Origin: Haliotis rubra
Taxonomy: Eukaryota
DNA: 64,000 nt
NCBI RefSeq assembly: GCF_003918875.1
Contig: NW_025766780.1
Location: forward strand, 3,348,001-3,412,000
Direction of reading: 5' to 3'
Of the stretch, positions 25,411-35,881 are shown piece after piece. Both the position numbers and the translations under genes were made by a program. The notes beneath the pieces were generated by a model. The model was not told the DNA's origin. It was given only the letters and a program-made list of their open reading frames with translations, and did no database searches. The first letter of the stretch is position 1, and every line of letters starts with the position of its first letter.

Positions 25411-25872
25411 CCTTCAATGCTGATGGGGGTTGGATGTAGTCTCCAGCTTTCGTCTCTTGTAAGAAGTGATTTACCGGATCGGACGGTCAGACACGATGTA
25501 CTTGTATCATCTACCAATCTGAATATCTATTTTGAGACAACTCCTCTCTAGATTTTATTTCCAATATATATGCTACACATTACTATTATTATTTTATTTA
25601 AAAAGGAAGTTATTATTATTTTATTATTATGTTTTATAGATTAAAGATAATATTTTTTTTATTATTATTATTATTATAATAGGATATTTATATAGCGCAC
25701 ATATCCACGCACTAGTGCATGCTCAAGGCGCTGGTATTGAACTCTTTTATGAAAGTTCTCTACAACACGTGAACATAGAACTATTTATGACAGCATACGC
25801 CAGTACAGTACATTTATGCTGAGTTCGGTTTTCATACATGTATGTTATAGTAGCTTCTTAGACATTAATATA

Positions 25873-27466
25873 TACTACTCAAAAGAAGTTAAGGGTCAAA
25901 CAAAATGTGCACATCAAAATTAGAATAGGCAATTTTGAGACTATTAGGACAGGAAACTTTCTGTATGGGTGTTATTTGGACTGAATACATCATAAGTGTA
26001 TGAGAAATGTTATCATTACCCGTTCCCTTAGGTAACTGTCAAATTTAACAGTAAATTCGGACTTCTTGATTTAAACCATGAACTCGGCCACACTAAATTG
26101 ACCCTCGTCCTCGAAACAACCATTATGCCACCTAATGCACATTTTACACGTGCTGTCCATGGATGTCATTTTATGAATGCAAATTTTCACAATAAAAAGA
26201 CCAAGCATTTTCAAATGGGCCTCATTAGAAATTTGAAGATGGTCAGACGATAGCTCAGCATCCAAGACAGAGGAAGGGCAATAGGTTGGCTTCAAGATGG
26301 TCAAACCCAACGAAGTGTTGCTAGGCGACTAAATGTAAGCCAGAGTGTTATTGGGAGACTATGGCAGAGGTTCAGGACAACAAATGCTGTCCAGAATCGG
26401 CCCCGTTCCGGAAGACCCCGATCAACAACAGCCCGTGATGATCGCTACTTGATGATGATGGCTTTGCGACAGCGATTTGTGAACCCAAGACATCTTCAGG
26501 ATCAGCTGAGAGCTGGCCGTGGCACCAACGTATCCGATCAGACAGTTCGAAATCCGAGGTTTGCGTTCTCGACGTCCTGCAGTGCGACCACCACTACTTG
26601 AGCGGCACAGAAGAGCTCCCCGAGATTGGTGCCGACGGCTTGTTCGTTGGAACCATGGTCAGTGGGCACAGACAATCTTTTCTGATGAATCCCGCTTCAC
26701 ACTCCAGATTTATGATGGTCGTGCCCGTGTTTATCGTCGTCAACGAGAGAGGTATGCTGACGTAAACATTGCCCAACGTTTACCTTTCGGAGGCGGAAGT
26801 GTGATGGTCTGGGCGGGTGTCTCAGTGCACCACAGAACTGCTCTCTACATCGTCCATGGGAATTTGACTGGTCTTCGAAACCTCAACGAGATTATCCAAC
26901 TTCTGGTAATGCCACTTCTTCGTCAACCTGGACCATTGGCCTGGTTCAAGGATGATAACGCTAGACCCCATCGTCCCAGGGTGGTAACAGACTTTCTGCA
27001 GCAGCAGAACGTTCAGCACATGGTGTGGCCTGCATATTCACCCGACTTGTCACCAATTGAGCATGCCTGGGATGAGTTAGGACGAAGAATTCGAGCTTAT
27101 CACGTCCCTGCCATCAATCTCCAGGAACTGGGTCAATGACTAGTCGCAGAATGGGCAGCAAGCCCTCAACAGTATTTCAGACGCTTAATGAACAACATGC
27201 GTCAACGTTGTCAGGAATGCATCCACGCTAACGGTGGCTACACGAGTTACTAAAGATTTCTGACTTTGTGTGAACTCTGATTTTGGGGTACTTGACTTCG
27301 ATGAATTTTGGAATAAAGTTGTGTCTTATCAATTCACTTTTTGTTTTTGTTTTCGTTTCTTAAGAGCTTGAGGTTTTGTTTATGTCATTGGTTGTCACAA
27401 TTTTATTTCCATATCTTATACTTTTAATCCAAAATACTTGTGACCCTTAACTTCTTTTGAGGAGTA
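25873..27466 (+). mobile_element. Tc1 DNA transposon with disrupted transposase
   Basis: TIRs TACTACTCAAAAGAAGTTAAGGGTCA / TGACCCTTAACTTCTTTTGAGGAGTA. Transposase ~26239-27253 (GRPR, FSDESRF, DDNARPH, SPDLSPIEHAW) with stops and a frameshift. Confidence 0.92.
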
Positions 27467-27960
27467 CTAGTGGAAAGAGAATACTTGTCTCCAACACGAC
27501 AGAAGCAGTTTTTCTTGCTATTTCTAACTACCTCTAGAATGTCAGGTCTATAACCCCCGACCTACAGGCTGTCAAACCTTATTATTATTTTTAATAACAC
27601 TGACAACTAGCAGTAGTATACATTGTAAACCAAAAGTCACTGTGTTCTTTAATCTGATTGGTTGAAAAACATGATCAAATGGTATTCGATTCCCGGAAAT
27701 TCGCTGCGTATTAATACATACAAACATCGCTCACACCATTGTATTGTTACGTCGTCAGCTGTGATGACGTCATTAAAATCATATTGTGACGTAAAGTCCG
27801 AATGACGTCACAAATAAACAGTTCCAGATGCTACCATAGGAGGCAGCCGAAACGGCCGGCTGATGACATTTCACTGCTGTACCCATACTCGGTGTCAATG
27901 AGTGCAGACGCAAAAACGTGTGTAGACCTTTTGGTTTACTTTTGTGTTTACAATGTCGAT

Positions 27961-28116
27961 AAACATCATGTGTTGGCCAATTTCCGGGTGTTATTGAGTA
28001 TTTGAAGCACAGGAATATTTAATTTGAAACCTCCGGCTGTCGCCGTCGGTTCCAAATGAATTCCCGTACTTCTAATACTCAATAACACCTGGAAATTGGC
28101 CAACTCATCATGTTTT
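27961..28116. repeat. Imperfect ~150-bp palindrome, probably part of a non-autonomous DNA element (~27620-28116)
   Basis: TTGGCCAATTTCCGGGTGTTATTGAGTATT ... AATACTCAATAACACCTGGAAATTGGCCAA. Confidence 0.75.
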
Positions 28117-28573
28117 TCTCCTAAGTGTCACCCTGGGGTATTTTCAAGATGGCGGTTAGATAACTTGGGTTCCGGTTCCGGTATGTGCACGCATCGTGAT
28201 GACGTCACGTCCGGCTCCGGTGTGCGGGCGTATCCCGATGACGTCACCTCCAGGCCAAGATGGACGCCCTGTTCAAGATGGCGGCCAATCCGGTGGGATC
28301 TCGTGGGGATCTCGTGGAATCTCGCGAGCGTAGACACAATGCAAGATGGCGGACGGACGAGCGGCGGACGGGAAGGAGAGGGAGCGAGGGAGGGAGAGTG
28401 GTGAGAAGACGATGGCGTGCCTAGAGAAGTGTGTGGTTCAAGCTTTGTCACTCAGGTTTTCTTTCGAGCGAGGTGGGTGGCCCCTGAAAAGGGACGTTGG
28501 CATGGCAAGGCATGTTTAACACCGGCATAGCAGATCAAGGCCTCGGAAGATAAATGTCCCTGGGCAGACATCA

Positions 28574-28975
28574 TCATGCAGTTGGTGATCCCTTCACACA
28601 CACGTAAAAGATACACACGTAAAAGGGAGCTCCCGGGACTACATCGAAGCGATTGGAGGGAAAGGCTTTGAAGCAGGTTTGGCATATAATCAACCGCCAA
28701 TTTGACGACCATTTTGGTAGGCTTTCAGATGTGGCTGTTGTCGTTGTTGGTGGTGGTGGTGCGGTTGTCGTTTCTGTTGTCATTGTTGGTGGTGGGGCTG
28801 CCGCTGCTTCTGCTCCCGTTGTTGGGATCAATACCGGTTCTGCTGCTGTTGTACCCTCTTCCATTTTGATACCGGTCTTCACTTGCAAGCTTGGGCTACA
28901 TCGTAGACATTGCTTTCTACCGCAATCTTTTCGGTAAGGTGTTGGTCCGATGACTTCAACTCTTCTTGTGTCCAT
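28574..28975 (-). CDS. Unknown 133-aa Cys-containing, Thr/Pro-rich accessory ORF of the Maverick remnant
   Basis: ATG-initiated intronless ORF. TATAAA lies ~38 bp upstream on the minus strand. CLRC and CQTC motifs. Confidence 0.45.
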   Translation of the reverse strand: MDTRRVEVIGPTPYRKDCGRKQCLRCSPSLQVKTGIKMEEGTTAAEPVLIPTTGAEAAAAPPPTMTTETTTAPPPPTTTTATSESLPKWSSNWRLIICQTCFKAFPSNRFDVVPGAPFYVCIFYVCVKGSPTA

Positions 28976-29169
28976 GTTACATCGCGATAGCCCTCACTTA
29001 CAAATGCTGGAGTTTATATTGGCGACGAGACATCGATGACGTGTCGTCGATGACGTGGCATTGATGACGTCATGGTCGCGCGTGTGGTGGTGACGTGGCA
29101 CCGGTTATTTTATGGTCAGCTCTCCTATATCATGAGGAGGGTGACCGAAGCAGTGTTACAACCCACACT

Positions 29170-29448
29170 ATGGCAGAGAACTGGGACTCAGAATTGATTT
29201 CCTTGGAGACACCATCACCCTCACCCTCGCCACCCTTGCCGGCATGGCAGTGTACTCAATGCAGAGGAGGATTACCTGTGTATGCCAAGGGCACCATAGC
29301 GTACAATGGCACTTTTTGCTGTTTTTACTGTGGTACCAGCCTCAAGGATACCTATATTCGCCGGTTGACGCATGGCAGTAAGTGTCCGGTAAAAACAAAG
29401 CTTGACATTCACTCACGCCAATGTATGGCCAAGCTGTGGACACTGTGA
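29170..29448 (+). CDS. Unknown 92-aa putative zinc-binding accessory ORF of the Maverick remnant
   Basis: MAENWDSELISLETPSPSPSPP..CTQC..CCFYC..H..C..H..C, with TATA-like CCTATATC ~45 bp upstream. Confidence 0.5.
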   Translation: MAENWDSELISLETPSPSPSPPLPAWQCTQCRGGLPVYAKGTIAYNGTFCCFYCGTSLKDTYIRRLTHGSKCPVKTKLDIHSRQCMAKLWTL

Positions 29449-29639
29449 GTGAGATTCACCCTCACTCTTCAACAGCCCTTCTCAGGGCAACCCATCTCTC
29501 TCAAAAGAATGCTGCATCCAGTGCAAACAACAACAATAACAACGATAGGTTGACATAATCCCTAAGGGATTAGGGGCGTCCCTGATCTTTTGTTTACAAA
29601 CAGTATGAACTGTAACATCAGAACATCATAACATCAGAA

Positions 29640-29900
29640 CGATAAGGTTGTGTCCTTTGGCAGGGTTGTGGATCATGGTTGTTGTTGTCTGTCAGGCGTG
29701 TGGGTTGAAACCAACGTCTGACACGCTCTTTATTGACAGGGGTATCGTAGGGATCAAACTGTTCCATCACTTCATCAAAAGACCATCCACGGGCACGATG
29801 AGCCAGTACATACAAACAGTACATCCACCAAGAGGCACTGAACCAGGGTTGAAGTGATTGACAATTCCACTGTTGTTGGAGCCATCCGGTGCAAATCATG
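29640..29900 (-). pseudogene. Adenain-like cysteine protease C-terminal fragment
   Basis: WNCQSLQPWFSASWWMYCLYVLAHRARGWSFDEVMEQFDPYDTPVNKERV matches the LQ...S..CG.YCLY.L..R..G.S pattern; the catalytic CG is replaced by WW. Confidence 0.7.
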
Positions 29901-29904
29901 ACAT

Positions 29905-30382
29905 TCCAACTATCAAAGTGGCACCCGTTTTGGCTTTCATGGGCTGCACCCAAGCCATTTTGGAGAAGACATCGATGACACACAGCAAATCCCGGTAGCC
30001 TTGGTTCTCTTTCTGATACGCAAGGAGATCGCTCAAATTGGCCTGTTACAATTCATCCACGCCATCCACACGGTAATGATCCCTGGGAAACGAGCGTCGG
30101 GCTGGTGCAAGGTGTGCAAGGTGTGCAAGGTGTACGCGTCCTGGGTTTTCAACCATTGGCGAACCTGACGTTGTGTGGGTCTTGGTCCCCCATTCCTGGG
30201 TCCTGCTTTGGCTTGATGTCCTGCTGCTGTTGCTTGCCACAAGGAAAGCCACCCTCCATAGCCTGCTGGGTATTTTGGATCGTAATAGGTGTTGTGGAGC
30301 CATCGTGTCCATGCAGGAGACAAAGAGGACTCTTTGCTGTTGTTGTTTCTCTTTCTAATGTTGACACTGTCGTTGACATCAC
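29905..30382 (-). pseudogene. Maverick-type retroviral-like integrase, N-terminal half, frameshifted
   Basis: YYDPKYPAGYGG...VRQWLKTQDAYTLH / RRSFPRDHYRVDGVDEL*QANL / ENQGYRDLLCVIDVFSKMAWVQPMKAKTG. Confidence 0.88.
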
Positions 30383-30395
30383 CCTCTGCTCCCTT

Positions 30396-31377
30396 TTATG
30401 AAAAGTGAATCCACTGACGAACCCGGTTGAGAGGGGAGGAGGAGGAGGGGGTCTCTGCTGTTGTTGGTGTCGTTGCTGACTTCTTCTTCTTCTTGGGTTC
30501 CAGAGGAAAGTTGGATGGGGGTGGGGTCAAAACAACCCACCTTCCCCTGGTGGGTGTTGACGCTTCACGGGGGTGGCAGGCGGCTGGGTGGATGACCCTT
30601 TGGTTTTCATCATCCAGGACCAACGTAGAGGGTTGCCAATCAGTTCATGGGGTACGTTGCTGGAAGCAAGATACTGGCCCAGAATATTCCAGCCCCGTGG
30701 AGGGTCTGATTTGGTACGTTGTCGAACAAGATCATTGATGAGATCCAGCATGTGAGTCCCAGGCATGGGTTCCCCTTCTACCACGAATTGACCGTTCCCA
30801 TTCCAACCCAAGTCAGGGTGGGCTTGAATACGTGCCATCAACTGCTTGGCCTCGGCTTGTAGCGTTTTGGGAACCGTTTGCACGACTTCATTCAGAATCG
30901 CTTTGACATCGGTTCTGAAACAAAGAACAAAAAAACATGAGCCACTGCTCTACGACCGGCTTCGCGGACTGATTCTTATGAATGCGACCTCTACGCGGGA
31001 CGATCACGAGTGTGACTCAGTAAGTAAACCGTACTTACGGTGAGCTAGGGGAGTTCCATCCCTGGGTGTCTCGTCCCTGGTTCCAACCCTGGGGGTTCCA
31101 GTCCTAGGGGTTCCAGTTGCATCTAAAGACCGTGGTTTGGTCGCTGCTTGGTCTTGAAACGCCAAGGTGTGTTGCAACAAGGTGTTATACTGGTGCTCTC
31201 TGTCCCTAAAGGAAACCGTGTCATCACGGACGAGGGTATCCATATCGTGAAGCGTGTGCAAGTGTTTCTGTTCCAACAGGTTGGACTTGAGCAACTGCCG
31301 TTGACGTTTTTCTTCTTGCAGACTTTGCCATAACTCTTCAGGGACAATCACCATCTTCCGTGCATGTTTCACCTTGG
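30396..31377 (-). pseudogene. Conserved Maverick gene of unknown function upstream of the integrase (frameshifted)
   Basis: Pieces KHARKMVIVPEE.., VPKTLQAEAKQLM..WNGNGQF..PGTHMLDLINDLVRQR..PPRGW..NVPHELIGNPLR, and a basic C-terminus ending WIHFS. Confidence 0.7.
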
Positions 31378-32302
31378 TGGTAGGACGGTACAGATGCAAC
31401 TAACCCCAATCCATGATGCGTCCTCTATTTATGATCTTCCTTTAGGATCATCTACCCAACAGGCCAGACACCAGCGGACCCACCACCGATGCCATATGTG
31501 GATATGTAGATGCCGTCATGATTCCACTGTTTGCTAAGACCTGGTATTTGTTGTACCCGACAGTGTGCATCCTCGCTTCAAGCAGGACATTGTTAGAAAC
31601 AGCCATGGTTACGAGGTACAATGCATTTATGAAATTGATTTGCAGAGAAATAAATGCCCCGCGTTTTCCCTTCCTCATGTGGGGCGTATAACAAAAGACA
31701 TCCAAATTAGGATGCTGTTCATGTAGAGGGTTCTGCTATAGTGAACAAAAAATAGGGATCATGAATATTTTGGGGATATTTTCATGAACTTGTGTACTCT
31801 GCCTGCATTAAACTTATATTGACAAAGTTTTCATTATCGCTAACTTTAATGTCAAGTATATATTTAGTCACAAATTTAGCATTTGCACTCTTTATTGGGA
31901 CTACCCTTTATATATAACTTTTAAAAGGATTTCAGAAATATTCGATCTCTATAATCGGGTTTGTCGTACTATCTGTAAGAATGTATCTCCTGTGACAGGT
32001 TTGTTGCTCTGGCCATAGGACCTGTCAGTCCCATGATCATTGGTAAGAAGCTGCGATAGTGAGTCACGACACAGCATCAATTACGTTGTCTACCTGTGTC
32101 CATTACCTGTGGTGGGAGATCCCATGCCCTCTCAGGTCCTGTGCAGTGTATGGAAGGGACACCGATCTGCCTGCATTACCCTTCAAGAAATATGATGGGT
32201 TTTAGTCACCCATTGTAATATATATATGTGTCTGTCAGGGTCAATAAAGTGTTTTCAACTATATGTTGCTGTTGAATATATGGTGAATGTGTACTGAAGA
32301 TA

Positions 32303-32953
32303 TACTACCCATCAAAAGTTTAGACTCANNNNNNNNNNNNNNNNNNNNNNNNNNNNNNNNNNNNNNNNNNNNNNNNNNNNNNNNNNNNNNNNNNNNNNNN
32401 NNNNNNNNNNNNNNNNNNNNNNNNNNNNNNNNNNNNNNNNNNNNNNNNNNNNNNNNNNNNNAATAGACAGATGCCGATGTTTACAGATGTTTCTAAATGA
32501 TAATTACGTGCATTTCTGCCGGGACTGAAACTTTGTGCCGATGTAGACAGAGTGCCGGTGTTTACAGAGGCCGGTATTGCCAGAGTCCACTGTATATATG
32601 GTTACATCGAAGATGAATTTCTCCACTAACTTAGGGGAACCAACTGCAAACCATATGCAGATGAATTGCACGAGGAACATGCATCAAAATGCTGAATAGC
32701 ACGTGCAAATATCGTGCATGTCCACTGCTGCCTTTTGGTGTAAGGTGTTGTTAAGAATTCGCCAATTTTCATTGATTTTCATCATTTATTGAACTCATGA
32801 CAAGTATACTTTCAAACTTGCGAATATGTTCAATTCATGTATAAACAGTACCTTTAAACAGTATGGAATATTTAGCAAAACGTAGTTTAGAACAGTTGAC
32901 TGAAGTAAGTGGCTACATTTACACTAATGAGTCAAAACTTTTGATGGGTGGTA
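32303..32953. mobile_element. Second copy of the 165-591 MITE, spanning an assembly gap
   Basis: TACTACCCATCAAAAGTTTAGACTCA ... TGAGTCAAAACTTTTGATGGGTGGTA; the interior is the reverse complement of 165-591. Confidence 0.8.
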
Positions 32954-33704
32954 TATTATATAGAAACACCGATGACAAAGGGTAACGACGATTTACTTCC
33001 CTGACTCTCAAAACTACTTCACTTGTCACGTAAATATATACAACAACAAAACCTTTTCCACATTCATAAGATATCACTGCTAAATGCAGTAAGAGAGCTT
33101 TTTCTTATCTTAACAATGATTTTGTTTTTACAATGGACCGTAAGAAACGAAAACCTGAAAACCCTCTCAATATCCCGCTTAAAACAATGGGACTTCCAAT
33201 TTGCGCATAGCTGAAACAGTTTTAGTATGCAGCAGGTGTCTCTTAGCTTGGTCTGTTTCAGGGTACACCCGCCGCTGTGATATATTCGTTTCAGTTTAGG
33301 GTTAGAATGGGAACTATGGCAAATATGATCGGGTGGTCAGGTTCGCTGACTCAATGTCATCTATTCTCATGATGTCTGTCACTGGATTTTCTGTTCCAGC
33401 CTCAATAATTTACTGACCGACGTCATATGGATGGGATATTTCTGAGTGCGGAATTACACACCAAACAAACAAACAAACAAACATACCAAACAGACCGTGA
33501 CATTCAGTCCGCTTCCACGATCACACAGCACACGGTAACTGGTTCATTCATGGTTATTAAGCAACACTGCGTGCATGAAAAAAAGTGACCATAATTGGCA
33601 AATACTATTTGAATAATGAATGAAAAGATATTTATTAGGTGTTAAACGTCTCTAGACGTGTCGTGCCCCCTACTGATACCAGATGATTACTACGGATATA
33701 CATA

Positions 33705-35184
33705 TACTAGCCACATAAAGAAACTGTATCCCAGGTGATAAGTACGGTAACAATGTCAAAGGTACATATAAACTTTAATGGAGGGATCATAAGATCATAA
33801 CAAGTCGGGAGAATTTCAATTGGAAAGTCAATCACAATGACGTCACGAGTCCACAGGCGACCATGTCACAAGCTCAATAACGGGTATGTCCACCATCGGC
33901 ATTGAGAACAGCAGTGCATCGACGACGCATAGAGCTTATCAAACGTGCAAGGAAGGCTTGTAGGATGTCACGCCAGATTCTCTCAAGTTCTGTTGCAAGG
34001 TCAAGGACGTTATCTGGCGGATGAGGAAGACGGCGTAGACGTCGATCCATCTCGTCCCAAACATGCTCTATCGGGGAGAGATCCGGTGAATTTGCAGGCC
34101 AAGGCAGTGAGTCAACGTTGTGGTGTTGCAAGAAATCCATAGCAACCCTTGCCGTATGAGGGCGGGCATTGTCCTGTTGGAATGTTAACCCAGGGCCATG
34201 ACGTTGCAGAAAAGGAATTGCCACAGGTCGAAGAATCTGATCCTTGTAGCCCACACAAGTTAAGTTGCCCTGAACAATCACCAAAGGAGTTCTTTGGCGT
34301 GCTGTTAATCCATCCCAAATCATCACGGAACCACCACCAAAGCGATTCCTCTCCAAGACACAGGCCTGTGCATAACGTTCTCCCACGCGTCTATAGGCAC
34401 GTTGACGTCCATCACTATGTGAAATGTTAAACCTGGACTCATCTGTAAAAACAACATTTCTCCACCAAAACAAGGGTCTGCGGACATGATTTCGGCACCA
34501 CATTCGGCGAGCTTGTCGATGACGTTGTGTCAGGATAGGCCGTATGGCTGGACGTCGTGGTCTGATTCCGTGATGACGTAAACGTTGTCGAACTGTGTTT
34601 GGGTGGATACGACGAAGTCCTGGGATGGTTCGGGCAGTCATCACTGCAGTCTGAAACCTGTGGCGAAGATGGGTCGCCCTTATCCATCTGTCCTGTCTTG
34701 GCGTTGTTACACGTGGACGTCCAGAACGTGTCCGATCGATGACGTCATTTGTGTTCTGGTAGCGTCTCACCAGTGCAGAAATGGTGTTCCGGTGGCAGTG
34801 GAAATGTGCAGCCACTTGTCGTTTAGACATTCCCCCACGGACCATCCCAATGGCCTCATGACGTTGTGCAGACGTGAGCCTTGGCATGCTATGCGTTTCA
34901 ATAGCCGTTTAATTTTTTGAACGATCGCAAGGGCAGGGGTTAAGCTTTCCAAAGTGACAGTATTGTGTGGCATTCATTTGCTCTGTTTCTCTTTCTAGGA
35001 ACGCAAGTGCAACAACGTATTGCACGTCTCAAGGACGAACCCACTGACGTCACGGAACGTGGCACGTGCATGCATGTTGGATACATGTCACTAATCTCTG
35101 AGTTTAAATCCTTATGTGTCTATACAGGTTTGATAAATTTAGATTTTAAATTTTTGTATGCACAGTTTCTTTATGTGCCTAGTA
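33705..35184 (-). mobile_element. Full-length Tc1 transposon
   Basis: TIRs TACTAGCCACATAAAGAAACTGT / ACAGTTTCTTTATGTGCCTAGTA with a TA target on both sides. Confidence 0.93.
33874..34887 (-). CDS. Tc1 DD34E transposase, uninterrupted 337 aa
   Basis: HTH region, SGRPR, FTDESRF, FQQDNARPH, then 34 residues to the E of SPDLSPIEHVW. Confidence 0.92.
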   Translation of the reverse strand: MPRLTSAQRHEAIGMVRGGMSKRQVAAHFHCHRNTISALVRRYQNTNDVIDRTRSGRPRVTTPRQDRWIRATHLRHRFQTAVMTARTIPGLRRIHPNTVRQRLRHHGIRPRRPAIRPILTQRHRQARRMWCRNHVRRPLFWWRNVVFTDESRFNISHSDGRQRAYRRVGERYAQACVLERNRFGGGSVMIWDGLTARQRTPLVIVQGNLTCVGYKDQILRPVAIPFLQRHGPGLTFQQDNARPHTARVAMDFLQHHNVDSLPWPANSPDLSPIEHVWDEMDRRLRRLPHPPDNVLDLATELERIWRDILQAFLARLISSMRRRCTAVLNADGGHTRY

Positions 35185-35369
35185 TATGTAGTTTATAGTT
35201 GGATAAGTACTATACTCTATGGGAAAGGTTTTCCGCTGACTTTCCTCAATCCCAATCTTGACCAAGTTTGAAAACACCACACACCAGTTGCTGAGTGTTG
35301 TGTTAAAAACCAAACACATATTTTGTACATAGCCACTGTACGTTTAATATATATGAAGCCTAGTAGGTA

Positions 35370-35611
35370 TTGGCTGGCTGGTTGGTTGTTGTTTAACGAC
35401 GCGCTCAGCAGCTTTCCAGCTATATGGCGGCGGCCTGTAAATAGTCAAATCTGCACAAGACAATCCAGTGATCGACATCATGAGCATCGATCCGCAATTT
35501 GGATACGATGACATCGCCAAGTCAGCGAGCATGAACACCCATTCCCGTTAGTCACCTCTTACGACAAGCATGGGTTACTGAAGATCAATTCTAACTCGGA
35601 TCTTCACGGGT
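35370..35611 (-). mobile_element. Nin-domain-like SINE
   Basis: Same family as 1274-1519; lies ~270 bp upstream of the esterase ATG. Confidence 0.75.
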
Positions 35612-35881
35612 CTCTGGTACGTATAATACAAGGTGTTGAAGATAATGACTGACTTAAGTAGACAGCACATGATAATTAGCTAAATGATATTTAAATTGTC
35701 AAAGGCACATGGTTGTTTAACCGTTTGAATTAACAGCACGCTGTAACAATTGCATGCACAATCTTCTGGGTTATTTAAAACCATGTTCTAAGCATATTTC
35801 TTTTTGTGCCTTTGCATCTGAGGGAAAACGACATGTGGTCTCAGTGAGATAAGTCACAATGTTGTACAGTTGGTGTCTCGT

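Larger units (their letters stand above)
28130..31497 (-). mobile_element. Internally deleted Maverick/Polinton (adintovirus-like) remnant
   Basis: GC-richer, intronless block. Contains the integrase N-half, an adenain-like protease C-terminus, the conserved 'HARKMV..VP / DL.ND..R..P.GW..NVP..LIGN' gene, the end of an upstream gene (..GPLVSGLLGR*), and accessory ORFs. Confidence 0.85.

Noticed and set aside
24054-25421. CAATGCT as a TSD for the ribozyme array
   Set aside because: Only 7 bp and overlapping the first unit; too weak to call.
31500-31705. 85-aa ORF as a complete Maverick gene
   Set aside because: Only the last ~15 codons resemble viral sequence; the upstream part looks like unrelated AT-rich flank.
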